A stretch of 63,129 bases of DNA, filler included, from Nitrospiraceae bacterium (lineage in GTDB: Bacteria > Nitrospirota > Nitrospiria > Nitrospirales > Nitrospiraceae): NCBI GenBank assembly GCA_037442105.1. It is 5 parts of 5 records of this genome, joined end to end, with 100 filler letters (N's around TTAATTAATTAA, not from the genome) between each part and the next. Parts side by side here need not be neighbours in the genome. Positions count along the whole stretch, not along the records: positions 42,992 to 55,457 come from JBBIQV010000053.1; positions 55,558 to 63,129 come from JBBIQV010000059.1; 3 more parts are not named here. The stretch is one strand, 5' to 3'. Made by a program: the position numbers and the translations under genes. This document shows positions 47,066-58,701 of the stretch, piece by piece. Position 1 is the stretch's first letter. Every line of letters begins with the position of its first letter. The notes beneath the pieces were generated by a model that worked only from the letters and a program-made list of their open reading frames with translations, had not been told where the DNA came from and searched no databases.

Positions 47066-48568
47066 ATGAGTCCATCGGCCATCGTTCAAAAGCTCTGGAA
47101 CTACTGCAACGTCCTCCGCGACGATGGAATGAGCTACGGCGACTACGTCGAGCAGTTGACGTATCTGCTATTCCTGAAGATGGCGGATGAGCGGACGAAA
47201 CCGCCGTACAACCAGCCAAGTCCGATTCCAGACAAATACAGTTGGCAGAGCTTGCTCAAGAAAGACGGTGATGAATTGTTCGATCATTACCGCCATAGCC
47301 TTGAGAAACTCGGTAACGAGAAGGGCCTCCTCGGGCTGATCTTCAACAAGTCTCAGAACAAATTCCAAGACCCCGCCAAACTGCGTCGTCTCATAGTGGA
47401 CTTAATCGATAAGGAAGATTGGTCGGCGATGAGCGCCGACGTGAAGGGCGATGCCTACGAAGGGCTGCTCCAAAAGAACGCCGAAGACGTGAAGGGCGGG
47501 GCCGGCCAGTACTTCACGCCACGTCCACTCATCCAAGCGATGGTGGATGCCGTCGCGCCCAAGCCCAGTGAAACGATCTGTGACCCGGCCTGCGGGACTG
47601 GTGGTTTCCTGCTCGCCGCGCACGATTACATCGTGAAGCACAATCCCAACCTGACTAAAGCCGAAAAGAAGAAGCTCAAGGAAGAAACACTCAAAGGCTA
47701 TGAGCTTGTCCAGAGTGTCGTCCGCCTCTGTGCCATGAATCTACTTCTCCACGGCATCGGTTCCCAGGACTTTGAACCAGTCGAGGCCGCGGATTCCCTC
47801 GCGTCCGATCCCGGCGAACGGTTCAATATCGTGCTCACGAACCCGCCATTCGGGAAGAAGAGCAGCTACACCGTGGTGGGGCAGGAGGGAGAAGTCTCGA
47901 AGGAACGCGAGACCTATGAGCGAGACGACTTCTGGGCGACGACTTCAAACAAACAACTGAATTTCGTCCAGCATGTGAAGACAATTCTCGCGGTCAATGG
48001 CCGTGCTGCCGTCGTTGTGCCGGACAATGTCCTCTTCGAAGGCGGAGCAGGGGAGACAGTTCGCCGCAAGCTGCTTCATGACTGCGACGTGCACACGCTG
48101 CTGCGCCTCCCAACCGGCCTGTTCTATGCCCAGGGGGTGAAGGCCAACGTCCTCTTCTTCGACAAGAAGCCGGCCAGCGAAACGCCCTGGACTAAGAAGC
48201 TCTGGATCTACGACCTCCGCACCAACCAGCACTTCACGCTCAAGACCAATCCCCTCAAGCGCGAGGATTTGGACGAGTTCGTGAAATGTTATAACCCGGC
48301 GAACCGCCACGAACGGAAGGCGACCTGGTCTGAGAAGAAACCAGACGGCCGCTGGCGCGCTTATCAGTATGATGAGTTAGTGGCCCGCGACAAAGCCAGC
48401 CTCGACATCTTCTGGCTCAAAGACGAATCCCTCGAAGCCTCCGACAACCTCCCCGACCCCGACGTGATCGCCCAAGAAATCGTCGACGACCTTGAAACCG
48501 CCATCGAACAATTCCGCCTGATCACGAATGATCTCGGCAGTGAGACTTCGCCTTCTTCCCAGCCTTGA
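47066..48568 (+). CDS. hsdM: Type I restriction-modification methyltransferase subunit M
   Basis: GQYFTPR, DPACGTGGFL, NPPF, LRLPTG.FYAQGVKANVLFF. Confidence 0.95.
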   Translation: MSPSAIVQKLWNYCNVLRDDGMSYGDYVEQLTYLLFLKMADERTKPPYNQPSPIPDKYSWQSLLKKDGDELFDHYRHSLEKLGNEKGLLGLIFNKSQNKFQDPAKLRRLIVDLIDKEDWSAMSADVKGDAYEGLLQKNAEDVKGGAGQYFTPRPLIQAMVDAVAPKPSETICDPACGTGGFLLAAHDYIVKHNPNLTKAEKKKLKEETLKGYELVQSVVRLCAMNLLLHGIGSQDFEPVEAADSLASDPGERFNIVLTNPPFGKKSSYTVVGQEGEVSKERETYERDDFWATTSNKQLNFVQHVKTILAVNGRAAVVVPDNVLFEGGAGETVRRKLLHDCDVHTLLRLPTGLFYAQGVKANVLFFDKKPASETPWTKKLWIYDLRTNQHFTLKTNPLKREDLDEFVKCYNPANRHERKATWSEKKPDGRWRAYQYDELVARDKASLDIFWLKDESLEASDNLPDPDVIAQEIVDDLETAIEQFRLITNDLGSETSPSSQP

Positions 48569-48593
48569 CAGGATCGCGAGCACTCGTTATGAT
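48565..48593 (+). promoter_or_regulatory. Sigma-70 promoter of the pyr operon
   Basis: TTGACA (48565-48570), 17 bp, TATGAT (48588-48593). Confidence 0.75.
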
Positions 48594-48600
48594 GTCGTTG

Positions 48601-50220
<1,620 letters not shown>

Positions 50221-50230
50221 ACAAGGAACA

Positions 50231-51505
50231 ATGACCATTCTCATTAAAGACGGTCACGTCATCGATCCCGGTCGGGTTAATGGCCAGGCCGATGTATTGA
50301 TCGAGAACGGCAAGATCGCGGCGGTCGGACGCAATCTGCCGGTACCGGCGTCTGCAACCGTGATTCAGGCCAAGGGGCGGTTGGTGGTACCAGGATTTGT
50401 CGACCTTCATGTCCACTTCAGGGAACCGGGTTTCGAGTACAAAGAGACGATCGAGTCGGGAACGGCCGCTGCCGCCGCTGGAGGCTTTACCTCCGTCTGC
50501 TGCATGCCCAACACCAGTCCTGTGAACGACAACCAATCCATTACGGAGTTCATTCTTGACCGGGCCAAAGCTGCCGGGCATGCCCATGTATTTCCCATCG
50601 GCGCGATCACGAAAGGATCGGAAGGAAAAGAGCTGGCTGAGATCGGCGATCTCCATCGTGCCGGTTGCGTGGCGATTTCCGATGACGGCAAGCCGGTGAT
50701 GAACAGTCTGGTGATGCGCCGGGCGATGGAATACGCCTTGGCCTTCGACATGCCGGTCGTGGATCATTGCGAGGATCTGCACCTCGCGGAAGGCGGTTGC
50801 ATGAATGAAGGTCTCGTATCAACCGAGCTGGGATTGCCCGGCATCCCCGCCGCGGCGGAGGACGTGATGGTCGCCCGGAACCTCGCCTTGGCGGAACTCA
50901 CCGGCGCCAGGCTGCATCTTGCACACATCAGCACGGCTGGGTCCGTCCGCATGGTTCGGGAGGCGAAATCGCGTGGCATCAAGGTGACGGCGGAGGCCTG
51001 CCCGCATCACTTTTCGCTTACTGAAGAAGTCTGCCGCGGCTATAACACGCATGCGAAGATGAACCCGCCGCTCCGCACCTGGCAAGATGTGCAGGCGATC
51101 AAAGAAGGGTTGCGTGACGGGACCATCGACGTGATCGCCACCGATCATGCTCCTCATGCGACTCAGGAGAAGCAGCAGGAGTTTTCAGAAGCGCCGTTTG
51201 GAATTGTCGGTCTCGAAACGGCTCTTCCCCTCACGTTCGCCCTCGTCGAAGAAGGTATCCTGACGGTGGAAACGGCTGTGGCGAAACTTGCCACGGAGCC
51301 GGCGAAGGCGTTCGGGCTTGATAAAGGCACGTTGAGGCCTGGCGCGGATGCCGATGTGGTGGTCGTCGATCCGGACGAGTCCTGGGAAGTGGACCCGACG
51401 CGATTCCGCTCGAAGAGTCGGAACACACCTTTTGCTGGATGGAAAGTCAAAAGTCGGGTAACAATAACCATTGTTTCCGGTAGGGTTGTGTTCCAATCCA
51501 GCTAG
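50231..51505 (+). CDS. pyrC: Dihydroorotase
   Basis: DLHVHFREPG, MPNT, KMNPPLR, ATDHAPH. Confidence 0.96.
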   Translation: MTILIKDGHVIDPGRVNGQADVLIENGKIAAVGRNLPVPASATVIQAKGRLVVPGFVDLHVHFREPGFEYKETIESGTAAAAAGGFTSVCCMPNTSPVNDNQSITEFILDRAKAAGHAHVFPIGAITKGSEGKELAEIGDLHRAGCVAISDDGKPVMNSLVMRRAMEYALAFDMPVVDHCEDLHLAEGGCMNEGLVSTELGLPGIPAAAEDVMVARNLALAELTGARLHLAHISTAGSVRMVREAKSRGIKVTAEACPHHFSLTEEVCRGYNTHAKMNPPLRTWQDVQAIKEGLRDGTIDVIATDHAPHATQEKQQEFSEAPFGIVGLETALPLTFALVEEGILTVETAVAKLATEPAKAFGLDKGTLRPGADADVVVVDPDESWEVDPTRFRSKSRNTPFAGWKVKSRVTITIVSGRVVFQSS

Positions 51506-51519
51506 GTGCGCCTGAGTCT

Positions 51520-52059
51520 ATGGATGAGGCAGGCACACAGCGAGGCTGGAGAGGAGCTACGGTCGGCCATACGGTGGAGCTGCTCGGGTTGTCGGTGTGG
51601 GTCGGAGGGCTGATCGCCATCCTCGTGACAGTTATCCCCGAAGTCTTCAACATCGGTATGGAGCCGGGAGGACGCTTACTTACCCGCGTATTCGGACGGT
51701 ATAACACGCTTGTGTTCGGTGCGATGGGGGCTCTGTTAGTTATCTCTTTCTATCGCCAGTGGCTATATCTTGGAAAGGGGTTCCGCGCGGCGGCCTTGCT
51801 GCCTGTGGAGTGGGTGATCTTGGGCCTGATGATCGCTATTCAACTACTCTTGGTGCTGATTCTCGTCCCCGAATCGGTCACCCTCCAAGAACAGGCCTTC
51901 GCCACGCAGGGAGAAGTTGCCCGCAAGACCGCTCATGAAGCGTTCTTCCGCGGTCACAAACTCGTGCGATATCTGTATGTCGCCAATCTTGGGCTGGGCA
52001 TCGGACTGATGTCCGTGAAAGTCCGAGGCTGGGTAAATCCACGGAGTACATCAGCATGA
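51520..52059 (+). CDS. DUF4149-like membrane protein
   Basis: Four TM helices; W.GG, P..F, G....VF..Y, F...H pattern. Confidence 0.7.
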   Translation: MDEAGTQRGWRGATVGHTVELLGLSVWVGGLIAILVTVIPEVFNIGMEPGGRLLTRVFGRYNTLVFGAMGALLVISFYRQWLYLGKGFRAAALLPVEWVILGLMIAIQLLLVLILVPESVTLQEQAFATQGEVARKTAHEAFFRGHKLVRYLYVANLGLGIGLMSVKVRGWVNPRSTSA

Positions 52060-53246
52060 AGAAAGCAGTGCTCGCGCTGGCCGACGGCACGGTCTTCGAG
52101 GGCCGTGCTCTGGGGTATGAAGGTGAGACCCTGGGGGAAGTCGTGTTCAACACCGCCATGACCGGGTATCAGGAAATCCTCACCGATCCGTCGTACAAAG
52201 GACAGATCATCACCATGACCTGCCCGCACATCGGTAATTACGGCGTGACACCTGAGGATGTCGAGTCGAGACGCATTTGGGCGGAAGGATTTGTCGTCAA
52301 AGAGTCCAGCATGCAAGCCAGCAATTGGCGGAGCAAGCAGACACTCCATGAGTATTTGCGCGAGGCCAGGGTGGTCGCGATCGAGGGACTGGATACGCGC
52401 AAACTGACCAGGCATCTGCGAGAAGAGGGGGCGCAGCAAGGCCTCATCTCGCATGTGGAGCTGGACCATCGACGGGCGGTTGAAAAAGCGCGCAACGCGC
52501 CGAGCATTATCGGACGCGATCTCGCCGCAGAAGTGACCTGCAACAAGTCCTACCAGTGGCTTACCGGGTCAGGATCATGGGTGCCCCATCTCAACAATGG
52601 GCCGGCCGCCGGTCATCGAGGACAAGCTGGAAGGAAACCCTGGCAGGTGGTCGCCTATGATTTCGGGGTGAAGCAGAATATCTTACGCCGTCTGATCGAT
52701 GTGGGCTGTGAGGTGACCGTCGTTCCGGCGTCCACTACTGCAGAGCGCGTCCTTGCGATGAGGCCGGATGGGGTGTTCCTCTCGAATGGCCCCGGCGATC
52801 CTGAAGGGGTATCCTATGCGATCGAAGCTGTGCGCCAATTGATCGGCCGTCGTCCGATTTTCGGGATATGCCTCGGCCATCAAATCCTGGGCCTCGCATT
52901 GGGTCTGCAGACCTACAAGCTGAAATTCGGACATCACGGCGCAAACCATCCCGTGATAGCCCTCCGCACTAAGAAAGTGGAGATCACCTCCCAGAATCAT
53001 AACTTTGCGGTTCAGATTTCATTGCCGGCTGGGACGGTACCGGACAGCACTCCGGTTGTGGACACGCAGTTCGGTCGCGTCGCGATTACTCACTTGAGCC
53101 TGAACGATCAGTCGATTGAGGGGATGGCCTGCTTGGATCAGCCGGTGTTTTCGGTGCAATATCACCCGGAAGCCTCTCCGGGACCTCATGACTCAGCCTA
53201 TCTGTTCGAGGAATTCGTGCAGATGATGGAGAAGCATCATGCCTAG
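52056..53246 (+). CDS. carA: Carbamoyl-phosphate synthase small subunit
   Basis: [34 protein letters not shown]. Confidence 0.97.
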   Translation: MKKAVLALADGTVFEGRALGYEGETLGEVVFNTAMTGYQEILTDPSYKGQIITMTCPHIGNYGVTPEDVESRRIWAEGFVVKESSMQASNWRSKQTLHEYLREARVVAIEGLDTRKLTRHLREEGAQQGLISHVELDHRRAVEKARNAPSIIGRDLAAEVTCNKSYQWLTGSGSWVPHLNNGPAAGHRGQAGRKPWQVVAYDFGVKQNILRRLIDVGCEVTVVPASTTAERVLAMRPDGVFLSNGPGDPEGVSYAIEAVRQLIGRRPIFGICLGHQILGLALGLQTYKLKFGHHGANHPVIALRTKKVEITSQNHNFAVQISLPAGTVPDSTPVVDTQFGRVAITHLSLNDQSIEGMACLDQPVFSVQYHPEASPGPHDSAYLFEEFVQMMEKHHA

Positions 53247-54207
53247 TCTGCATCGCGCCGCTCTGATCCTGTGGACCATCACTGCGGCTGCCCTTCAGTT
53301 CGGCTGTATCACGATCAACATTCCTCCCCCTCCGGGCCCGCTGGAAGAGGTCCAGCTCAGCGGCGCCGGAGACGGGAAAGTCCTGCTGATCGATCTGTCC
53401 GGCATCATCAGCTCTCAGGAGACCGATGGCTTCATCTCCAAGCCCAGCATGATTGCAACGCTGAAAGAAGAGCTGACACGCGCAGCAAAGGATGAGAAGA
53501 TCAAGGCCCTTGTCATCCGCATCAACAGCCCTGGCGGGACGGTCACGGCCTCGGACATCCTCTATCACGAACTGCGGACGTTCAAAAATACGAAGAACAT
53601 TCCTGTGGTGGCGTCGATCATGGACGTGGGCGCTTCCGGCGGCTACTACATCGCATCGGCCGCGGACTCAATCCTGGCCCATCCATCTTCGGTGACGGGC
53701 AGCATCGGCGTCATCATGCTCACGGTCAACGCGCGCGGGCTCTTGGAGAAAGTGGGGGTCGAGGCCACTGCCGTGACGTCAGGACCGCGCAAGGACATGG
53801 GCTCGCCGTTCCGTCCCATGACGCAGGAAGAACGAGCGATCTTTCAAAGCGTCATCGATTCCTTCTATCATCGGTTTCTTCAAGTCGTACAAGAGGGCCG
53901 ACCCGGTTTGCCGGCCGAACAGATCAAGAAGCTCGCTGACGGACGGATCTATTCAGGCGAGCAGGCCAAGGAAGCAGGACTTGTCGACAACATCGGGTAT
54001 TTGGAGGAAGCGATCGAGATGGCCAAGAAAAAGGCCAACATCACCGAAGCCCGCGTCGTGACCTATCGCAGGCCGGGCGACTACCGGAACAACATCTACT
54101 CGCGCTTGTTCGGATCAGGGGCGGGCCTTGCCGGTATAGCCAACTTGGATCTGCTTTCGTTGGTGAGAGGCGGTACGCCGCAATTCATGTATTTGTGGAT
54201 GCCGTAA
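53239..54207 (+). CDS. sppA: Signal peptide peptidase SppA (S49)
   Basis: INSPGG, ASGGYY, TGSIGV, DGRIYSG.QA...GLVD. Confidence 0.9.
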   Translation: MPSLHRAALILWTITAAALQFGCITINIPPPPGPLEEVQLSGAGDGKVLLIDLSGIISSQETDGFISKPSMIATLKEELTRAAKDEKIKALVIRINSPGGTVTASDILYHELRTFKNTKNIPVVASIMDVGASGGYYIASAADSILAHPSSVTGSIGVIMLTVNARGLLEKVGVEATAVTSGPRKDMGSPFRPMTQEERAIFQSVIDSFYHRFLQVVQEGRPGLPAEQIKKLADGRIYSGEQAKEAGLVDNIGYLEEAIEMAKKKANITEARVVTYRRPGDYRNNIYSRLFGSGAGLAGIANLDLLSLVRGGTPQFMYLWMP

Positions 54208-54240
54208 CCTGAATTCGTCGATCGATTCATTGAGAAACGA

Positions 54241-55245
54241 ATGGCTCAATCTGCCCATGACGAAATGAACGGATTCTTCGCAACACCTATCGGCCGGCGC
54301 GCCGCGCTGTATTGGTGCGCGCGAGGCTTTGCCGGTCTCTATGCTGCACTAGGGGCTGGAGCCGCTGTCGGCCTGCTCCAGACGTTGGCCGGCTGCTACC
54401 GGGCGCCGGGAACCGCCCGAGATCAGCTCATTTTCTTCTCGGAGGAGAAAGAAATCGCGATGGGCATTAGTGCCTTCCGCGAAGTGCTCCGCCAGGCTCC
54501 TCTCAGCCCGAACCCGGAGATTAACGAGCTGGTGCACCGGGTGGGCGAGCGCATTGCCGAGGCGGCCCACAAGCCGGAATACCACTGGGAGTTCGCCGTC
54601 ATCCAGGACGATCGCACGATCAACGCCTTCGCTTTGCCGGGAGGAAAGGTCGCAGTATTCACCGGCATCTTGAAAGTAACACAAAACGAAGCCGGACTTG
54701 CCACCGTGATGGGGCATGAGGTCGCCCATGCCCTTCAGCGCCACGGGGCAGAGCGCATGAGCCGAGGCTTGCTCGAACAAATCGCCCAAGTCGGAGCCAT
54801 TGCGGGAGCCGCCACCGGGCATGTGAATCCTGGCCTTATCCAGGGAGCCTTGGGCGCCTATGGAGTCGGCGTCTCGCTACCCTTTAACCGTAAACAGGAA
54901 TCGGAGGCGGATTATGTCGGCCTTCGCCTGATGTCCCAGGCCGGATACGATCCGCACGAAGCGGTTCTGTTTTGGGAACGGATGAGCGGTTGCCCACGCA
55001 GCATGATCGGTAAGCTGTGCTTCCGGTCACAACAGGCGATTCCCGAATTCCTCTCGACTCACCCTTCGGATGTAACTCGGATCAATCAAATTGAAGCCTG
55101 GCTGCCCGATGCGTTGCAGTTCTACCGCCCTGACGGTAGCGCCCCGGCTTCTGTGCCGGAACAACCGGTCCACCCTTATCGTCCACCGATCGGCCCCATG
55201 CCTCAGACTGGCTCTATCACCACACCCAGAGGTCCGAATGCCTAA
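54241..55245 (+). CDS. M48 family metallopeptidase, putative lipoprotein
   Basis: [26 protein letters not shown] and LAGC in the leader. Confidence 0.9.
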   Translation: MAQSAHDEMNGFFATPIGRRAALYWCARGFAGLYAALGAGAAVGLLQTLAGCYRAPGTARDQLIFFSEEKEIAMGISAFREVLRQAPLSPNPEINELVHRVGERIAEAAHKPEYHWEFAVIQDDRTINAFALPGGKVAVFTGILKVTQNEAGLATVMGHEVAHALQRHGAERMSRGLLEQIAQVGAIAGAATGHVNPGLIQGALGAYGVGVSLPFNRKQESEADYVGLRLMSQAGYDPHEAVLFWERMSGCPRSMIGKLCFRSQQAIPEFLSTHPSDVTRINQIEAWLPDALQFYRPDGSAPASVPEQPVHPYRPPIGPMPQTGSITTPRGPNA

Positions 55246-55457
55246 ACGCGAAGATATCCGCACAATCCTCCTCATCGGCTCAGGCCCGATCATTATCGGG
55301 CAGGCCTGCGAGTTCGATTACTCCGGCACCCAAGCTTGTAAGGCGCTCAAGGAAGAAGGCTATCGCGTCGTTCTGATCAACAGCAATCCTGCCACGATCA
55401 TGACCGATCCCGAGATCGCGCATCGCCGCAAGCGCCATCCCCAGCTGCCCCTTGCCG
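55238..55457 (+). CDS. carB: Carbamoyl-phosphate synthase large subunit, 5' fragment
   Basis: [32 protein letters not shown]...[10 protein letters not shown]; cut by contig end. Confidence 0.92.
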
Positions 55458-55557
55458 NNNNNNNNNNNNNNNNNNNNNNNNNNNNNNNNNNNNNNNNNNN
55501 NTTAATTAATTAANNNNNNNNNNNNNNNNNNNNNNNNNNNNNNNNNNNNNNNNNNNN
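55458..55557. other. Artificial contig linker
   Basis: N-run with TTAATTAATTAA. Confidence 0.98.
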
Positions 55558-55780
55558 CTACAATCCAAATGCTCAAGACGCTATATGGCTTGCAGGCAGA
55601 AATGCTCCAACAAGAGGTGAGCCTTTCAGGGTCAGATTAAGTTTCCACAAGTTGGCCGAGAAGTCATCATGGCGAGTGCAGCGTATTCTTCTATCTCCTG
55701 CAGAATCCTTCGCGTGGGCGTCCTAATATCCAGCAATTGGACTGCGCAACGCAAGTCAAGGGCAGATCAACGAAGAAAAG

Positions 55781-56782
55781 ATGGGGTCAGTTCTTGACTT
55801 TGCACTTGGCGAAGGCGCGTACCTGCTGCGGTGACAGGGACACCATTTCGATTGCCTTTTGAATTTTCGACACGCGCGAAGGAGAGATCCGAAAGCGGAG
55901 GGCGACCGTTTGCAGCGGTTCATTCGCGGCCCGCCGCAACAAGTACACGGCTGTCTGGTAGGCATCGCGATGGGATCGATTCAGCACGGCCTCCACGTCG
56001 AGTCGATACGTTTCGGCGACGTGGGTGAGGACGTCTTCTGAGGAGGGTCGGATCGGTCTGGTCTGCACCGTCGGGACATTGGCGAGCGGCTGTCCGCGCA
56101 CCAGCCGTTCGATCCGCTCCAGAAACTCTGGACGGCCGAGAAAGATTTGGCCGGTCACCTTGTCCCAGGGCGAAGGCTGATGGACGCCTTCGTTCACAAA
56201 GCGCCGGTACGCCTTCTTGGCTAACGCGTGGCTGCTGTCAAAGAGATTCAGCACCGCTGACACATCAAGTCAGTCCGGCGCGGCTTGCAATCCCACCGTC
56301 GCTCGATAACTGCTCCATCCCCACGCCCCTGCGTCTGTCACCAGTCCGGCTCGAACCGGATTTAAGACGACATAGCGACACAGCTCCTGAAGATAGCGCT
56401 CTTTTTCCACCAGCAGGCTCTTGAACCGGCCTTGCAAGAGATGCCCGACCCGGTGGTGGCGGCGATTGAACCATTGCGTGTAGGTGCCATGAAGGCGTTT
56501 GAGCCCGCGGCTCAAATTTGGCTCGGGCGTTTGCAGCACGAGATGATAGTGATTGCCCATCAAGCAATAGATGTAGCAGCGCCAGCGCTGTTGGTGGATT
56601 TCTCGCCCAAGCAGGTGAAGAAATTGCTGCCGATCTGTGTCATCGAGAAAGATGGGCTGTTGCGCATTCCCCCGGGCCGTGAGGTGGTAGAGCGCGCCGG
56701 GGAATTCCAAGCGGAGCGGGCGGGCCATGAGGCCGGAGGGAGGATAGAGCGGAGGTGATGCAAAGTCAAGAACTGACCCCAT
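55781..56782 (-). mobile_element. About 1-kb element: Y1/HUH tyrosine transposase bounded by perfect terminal inverted repeats
   Basis: ATGGGGTCAGTTCTTGACTTTGCA (55781-55804) is the exact reverse complement of 56759-56782. Confidence 0.85.
55787..56728 (-). pseudogene. RAYT-like Y1 transposase with C-terminal HTH, broken by an in-frame TGA at 56270-56272
   Basis: MARPLRLEFPGALYH..ARGN, MGNHYHL (HUH), YVVLNPVRAG, WSSY; the two track ORFs are in the same frame (QAAPD*LDVSAVL). Confidence 0.85.
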
Positions 56783-56845
56783 GATGCCATGATGTCGGTT
56801 TCCTTGGGAAACGTAGAAGTGCGGACGTGACCGCGTGGCGAAATT

Positions 56846-57271
56846 GTGGTAGAAAAGAACGTGAGAAGTGAATCCGTCCGGTCCAGAGGGGACGAAGTGA
56901 GTTTCTCCGCGTGCAGAGTTGAAGGCCGACGCTGGAGTTCCTCCAGCGTGGTGGTGTTGTTTGTCCTCTGCCAAGTGATGGGTTTGATGTGTGCCCTCCC
57001 TGATGTTTCCGCTGCAGGCGACAATGCGGTGATCTCGGATGAAGTCATGGCTTGTCCGATGGACGCGAATCTCATGTGTCCGTCCTCGCTGGCGTCTTCT
57101 CCCGACCGTCGAGCGAAGAGCAGTGCGGTGATGGATATGAAGCACTCACTCGGTGCGACCGGCCATGATAGTGCTATTCCAATTCCTTCAGTTGTTCCGA
57201 ATTCCTCTCCCCGCGCGACATTCCCCTTCGTCTTTCCTGTCACTGTAGCCCTGCCGGTCCTGCGGATCTGA
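56846..57271 (+). CDS. Small hypothetical protein upstream of the cus operon (start uncertain)
   Basis: Hydrophobic segment, MACPM...MCP motif, C-terminal VLRI. Confidence 0.5.
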   Translation: MVEKNVRSESVRSRGDEVSFSACRVEGRRWSSSSVVVLFVLCQVMGLMCALPDVSAAGDNAVISDEVMACPMDANLMCPSSLASSPDRRAKSSAVMDMKHSLGATGHDSAIPIPSVVPNSSPRATFPFVFPVTVALPVLRI

Positions 57272-57360
57272 TCCAAGACCTCCGGTTCGCCGGCAAACAG
57301 CTTGGTCTGTCTACTGAGCCGGCGTGGGTTCACATCTGAACGCAACCTGGAGGTGCTGCC

Positions 57361-58701
57361 GTGATTCTTTCTTTTCTTTGTAGTCGATGGTGGATCGTCC
57401 CGCTTTTCTTCTTCTCGTGGACGGCGCTATTGCCGTGGGCGGCGTTCGGAGCTGAAGAACGCGGTCTCGTTCAACCCGATAGGACGGCTCACGCATCGCT
57501 TGGTGAGCTCCGCATCAGTCTTCCCAGCCTCATCGGAGAGCTCGAAGCCGCCAATCCCGAGATTAAGGCTGCCCGCCAGCGGTGGGAAGCAGCCAAGGCG
57601 GTCGTGCCTCAAGTGCAAACGCTCCCCGATCCCAAACTCCAATTCGGCTATCAGCGCATGCCGATGACCGATCCGCTCCAGGGCGCGATGTACGGGTTTG
57701 GGCAGGACATTCCCTTTCCGGGAAAGCTGAAATTGAAGGGGGAAGTCGCGCAACGCGAGGCCGAGCGGATCGAGCAAGAGTACAACGCGACACGGCTAAG
57801 ACTCATCGCGGTCCTGAAGCAGGCCTATTTCAATCTGCATTTCATCCACAAAGGCATTGAGATTGTCGAGCGAAACAAGCAGCTGCTGCAGCAGTTCGAG
57901 AAGACCGCGAAAGCCCGCTACAGTGTCGGGCAAGCGGCCCAGCAAGACATCTTCCGCGCCCAGGTGGAAATCTCTCGCGTCCTGGACCGGCTTGCCGTGT
58001 TCGAGCAACAAAAAGAGAGTCTGCACGCCGAGATCAATCGTCTCTTGAATCGTCCTCCCGCCGGGCCCCTCGGTACGCCGGAGGAAATCCACGTCATGCT
58101 GCTGACGGTGCCACTGCCGGAACTGAGCCAGCGTGCCGAGAATTTCTCACCGATCTTGAAAGCCTCAGCCAAAGGGGTGGAACGCGGGGAGCAAGCGGTC
58201 TCCCTCGCGCGCCGGCAGTACTTCCCGGATTTCGACATCACGGCGTTGGGCCTCCGGAACGACAAGATTAATGACAATGGCTACCAGGTGATGGTGGGGA
58301 TTAAGATTCCACTCTTTTATCAAACGAAGCAACGCCAGGGTGTGAGGGAGGCGGAGGCCGGCTTGAGCAGTGCGCAGGAGGATCTGACCGCCACGCGCCA
58401 GGAGGTCCTGTTCCAGGTGAAGGATTCATTCGTCCAGGCTCAGCGGGCGGAGCGGCTCGTGATGATCCTGCGTGATGCGATCATTCCACAGGCCACCCTT
58501 GCGCTGCGTGCCGCGCAAGCGAGCTACGCCGTCGGCAAGGTCGACTTCCTCACGCTCTTGAACAGCCTGTTGACGTTGCAGGACAGTGAACTGGAACTCC
58601 ATGGAGAGATGGTCTCACATGAGAAAGCGCTTGCAAGGTTGGAAGCAATAACTGGTGGGCCTGTGAACGGTATGGGGCGGGAGGGACCGACGAGCCAATG
58701 A
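57361..58701 (+). CDS. TolC-family outer membrane efflux protein (CusC-like)
   Basis: NPEI.AA, LPDP, Q.IPFPGK, Y.VG repeats; first gene of an RND operon. Confidence 0.9.
   Translation: MILSFLCSRWWIVPLFFFSWTALLPWAAFGAEERGLVQPDRTAHASLGELRISLPSLIGELEAANPEIKAARQRWEAAKAVVPQVQTLPDPKLQFGYQRMPMTDPLQGAMYGFGQDIPFPGKLKLKGEVAQREAERIEQEYNATRLRLIAVLKQAYFNLHFIHKGIEIVERNKQLLQQFEKTAKARYSVGQAAQQDIFRAQVEISRVLDRLAVFEQQKESLHAEINRLLNRPPAGPLGTPEEIHVMLLTVPLPELSQRAENFSPILKASAKGVERGEQAVSLARRQYFPDFDITALGLRNDKINDNGYQVMVGIKIPLFYQTKQRQGVREAEAGLSSAQEDLTATRQEVLFQVKDSFVQAQRAERLVMILRDAIIPQATLALRAAQASYAVGKVDFLTLLNSLLTLQDSELELHGEMVSHEKALARLEAITGGPVNGMGREGPTSQ

Noticed and set aside
47066..48568. Orphan hsdM without hsdR/hsdS
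   Set aside because: The contig begins about 4 kb upstream, so the partners may lie beyond the break; absence cannot be claimed.
55427..55457. carB diverges from the expected TYIEP into [10 protein letters not shown]
   Set aside because: Only about 30 bp at a contig end; cannot be told apart from a misassembled tip without reads.
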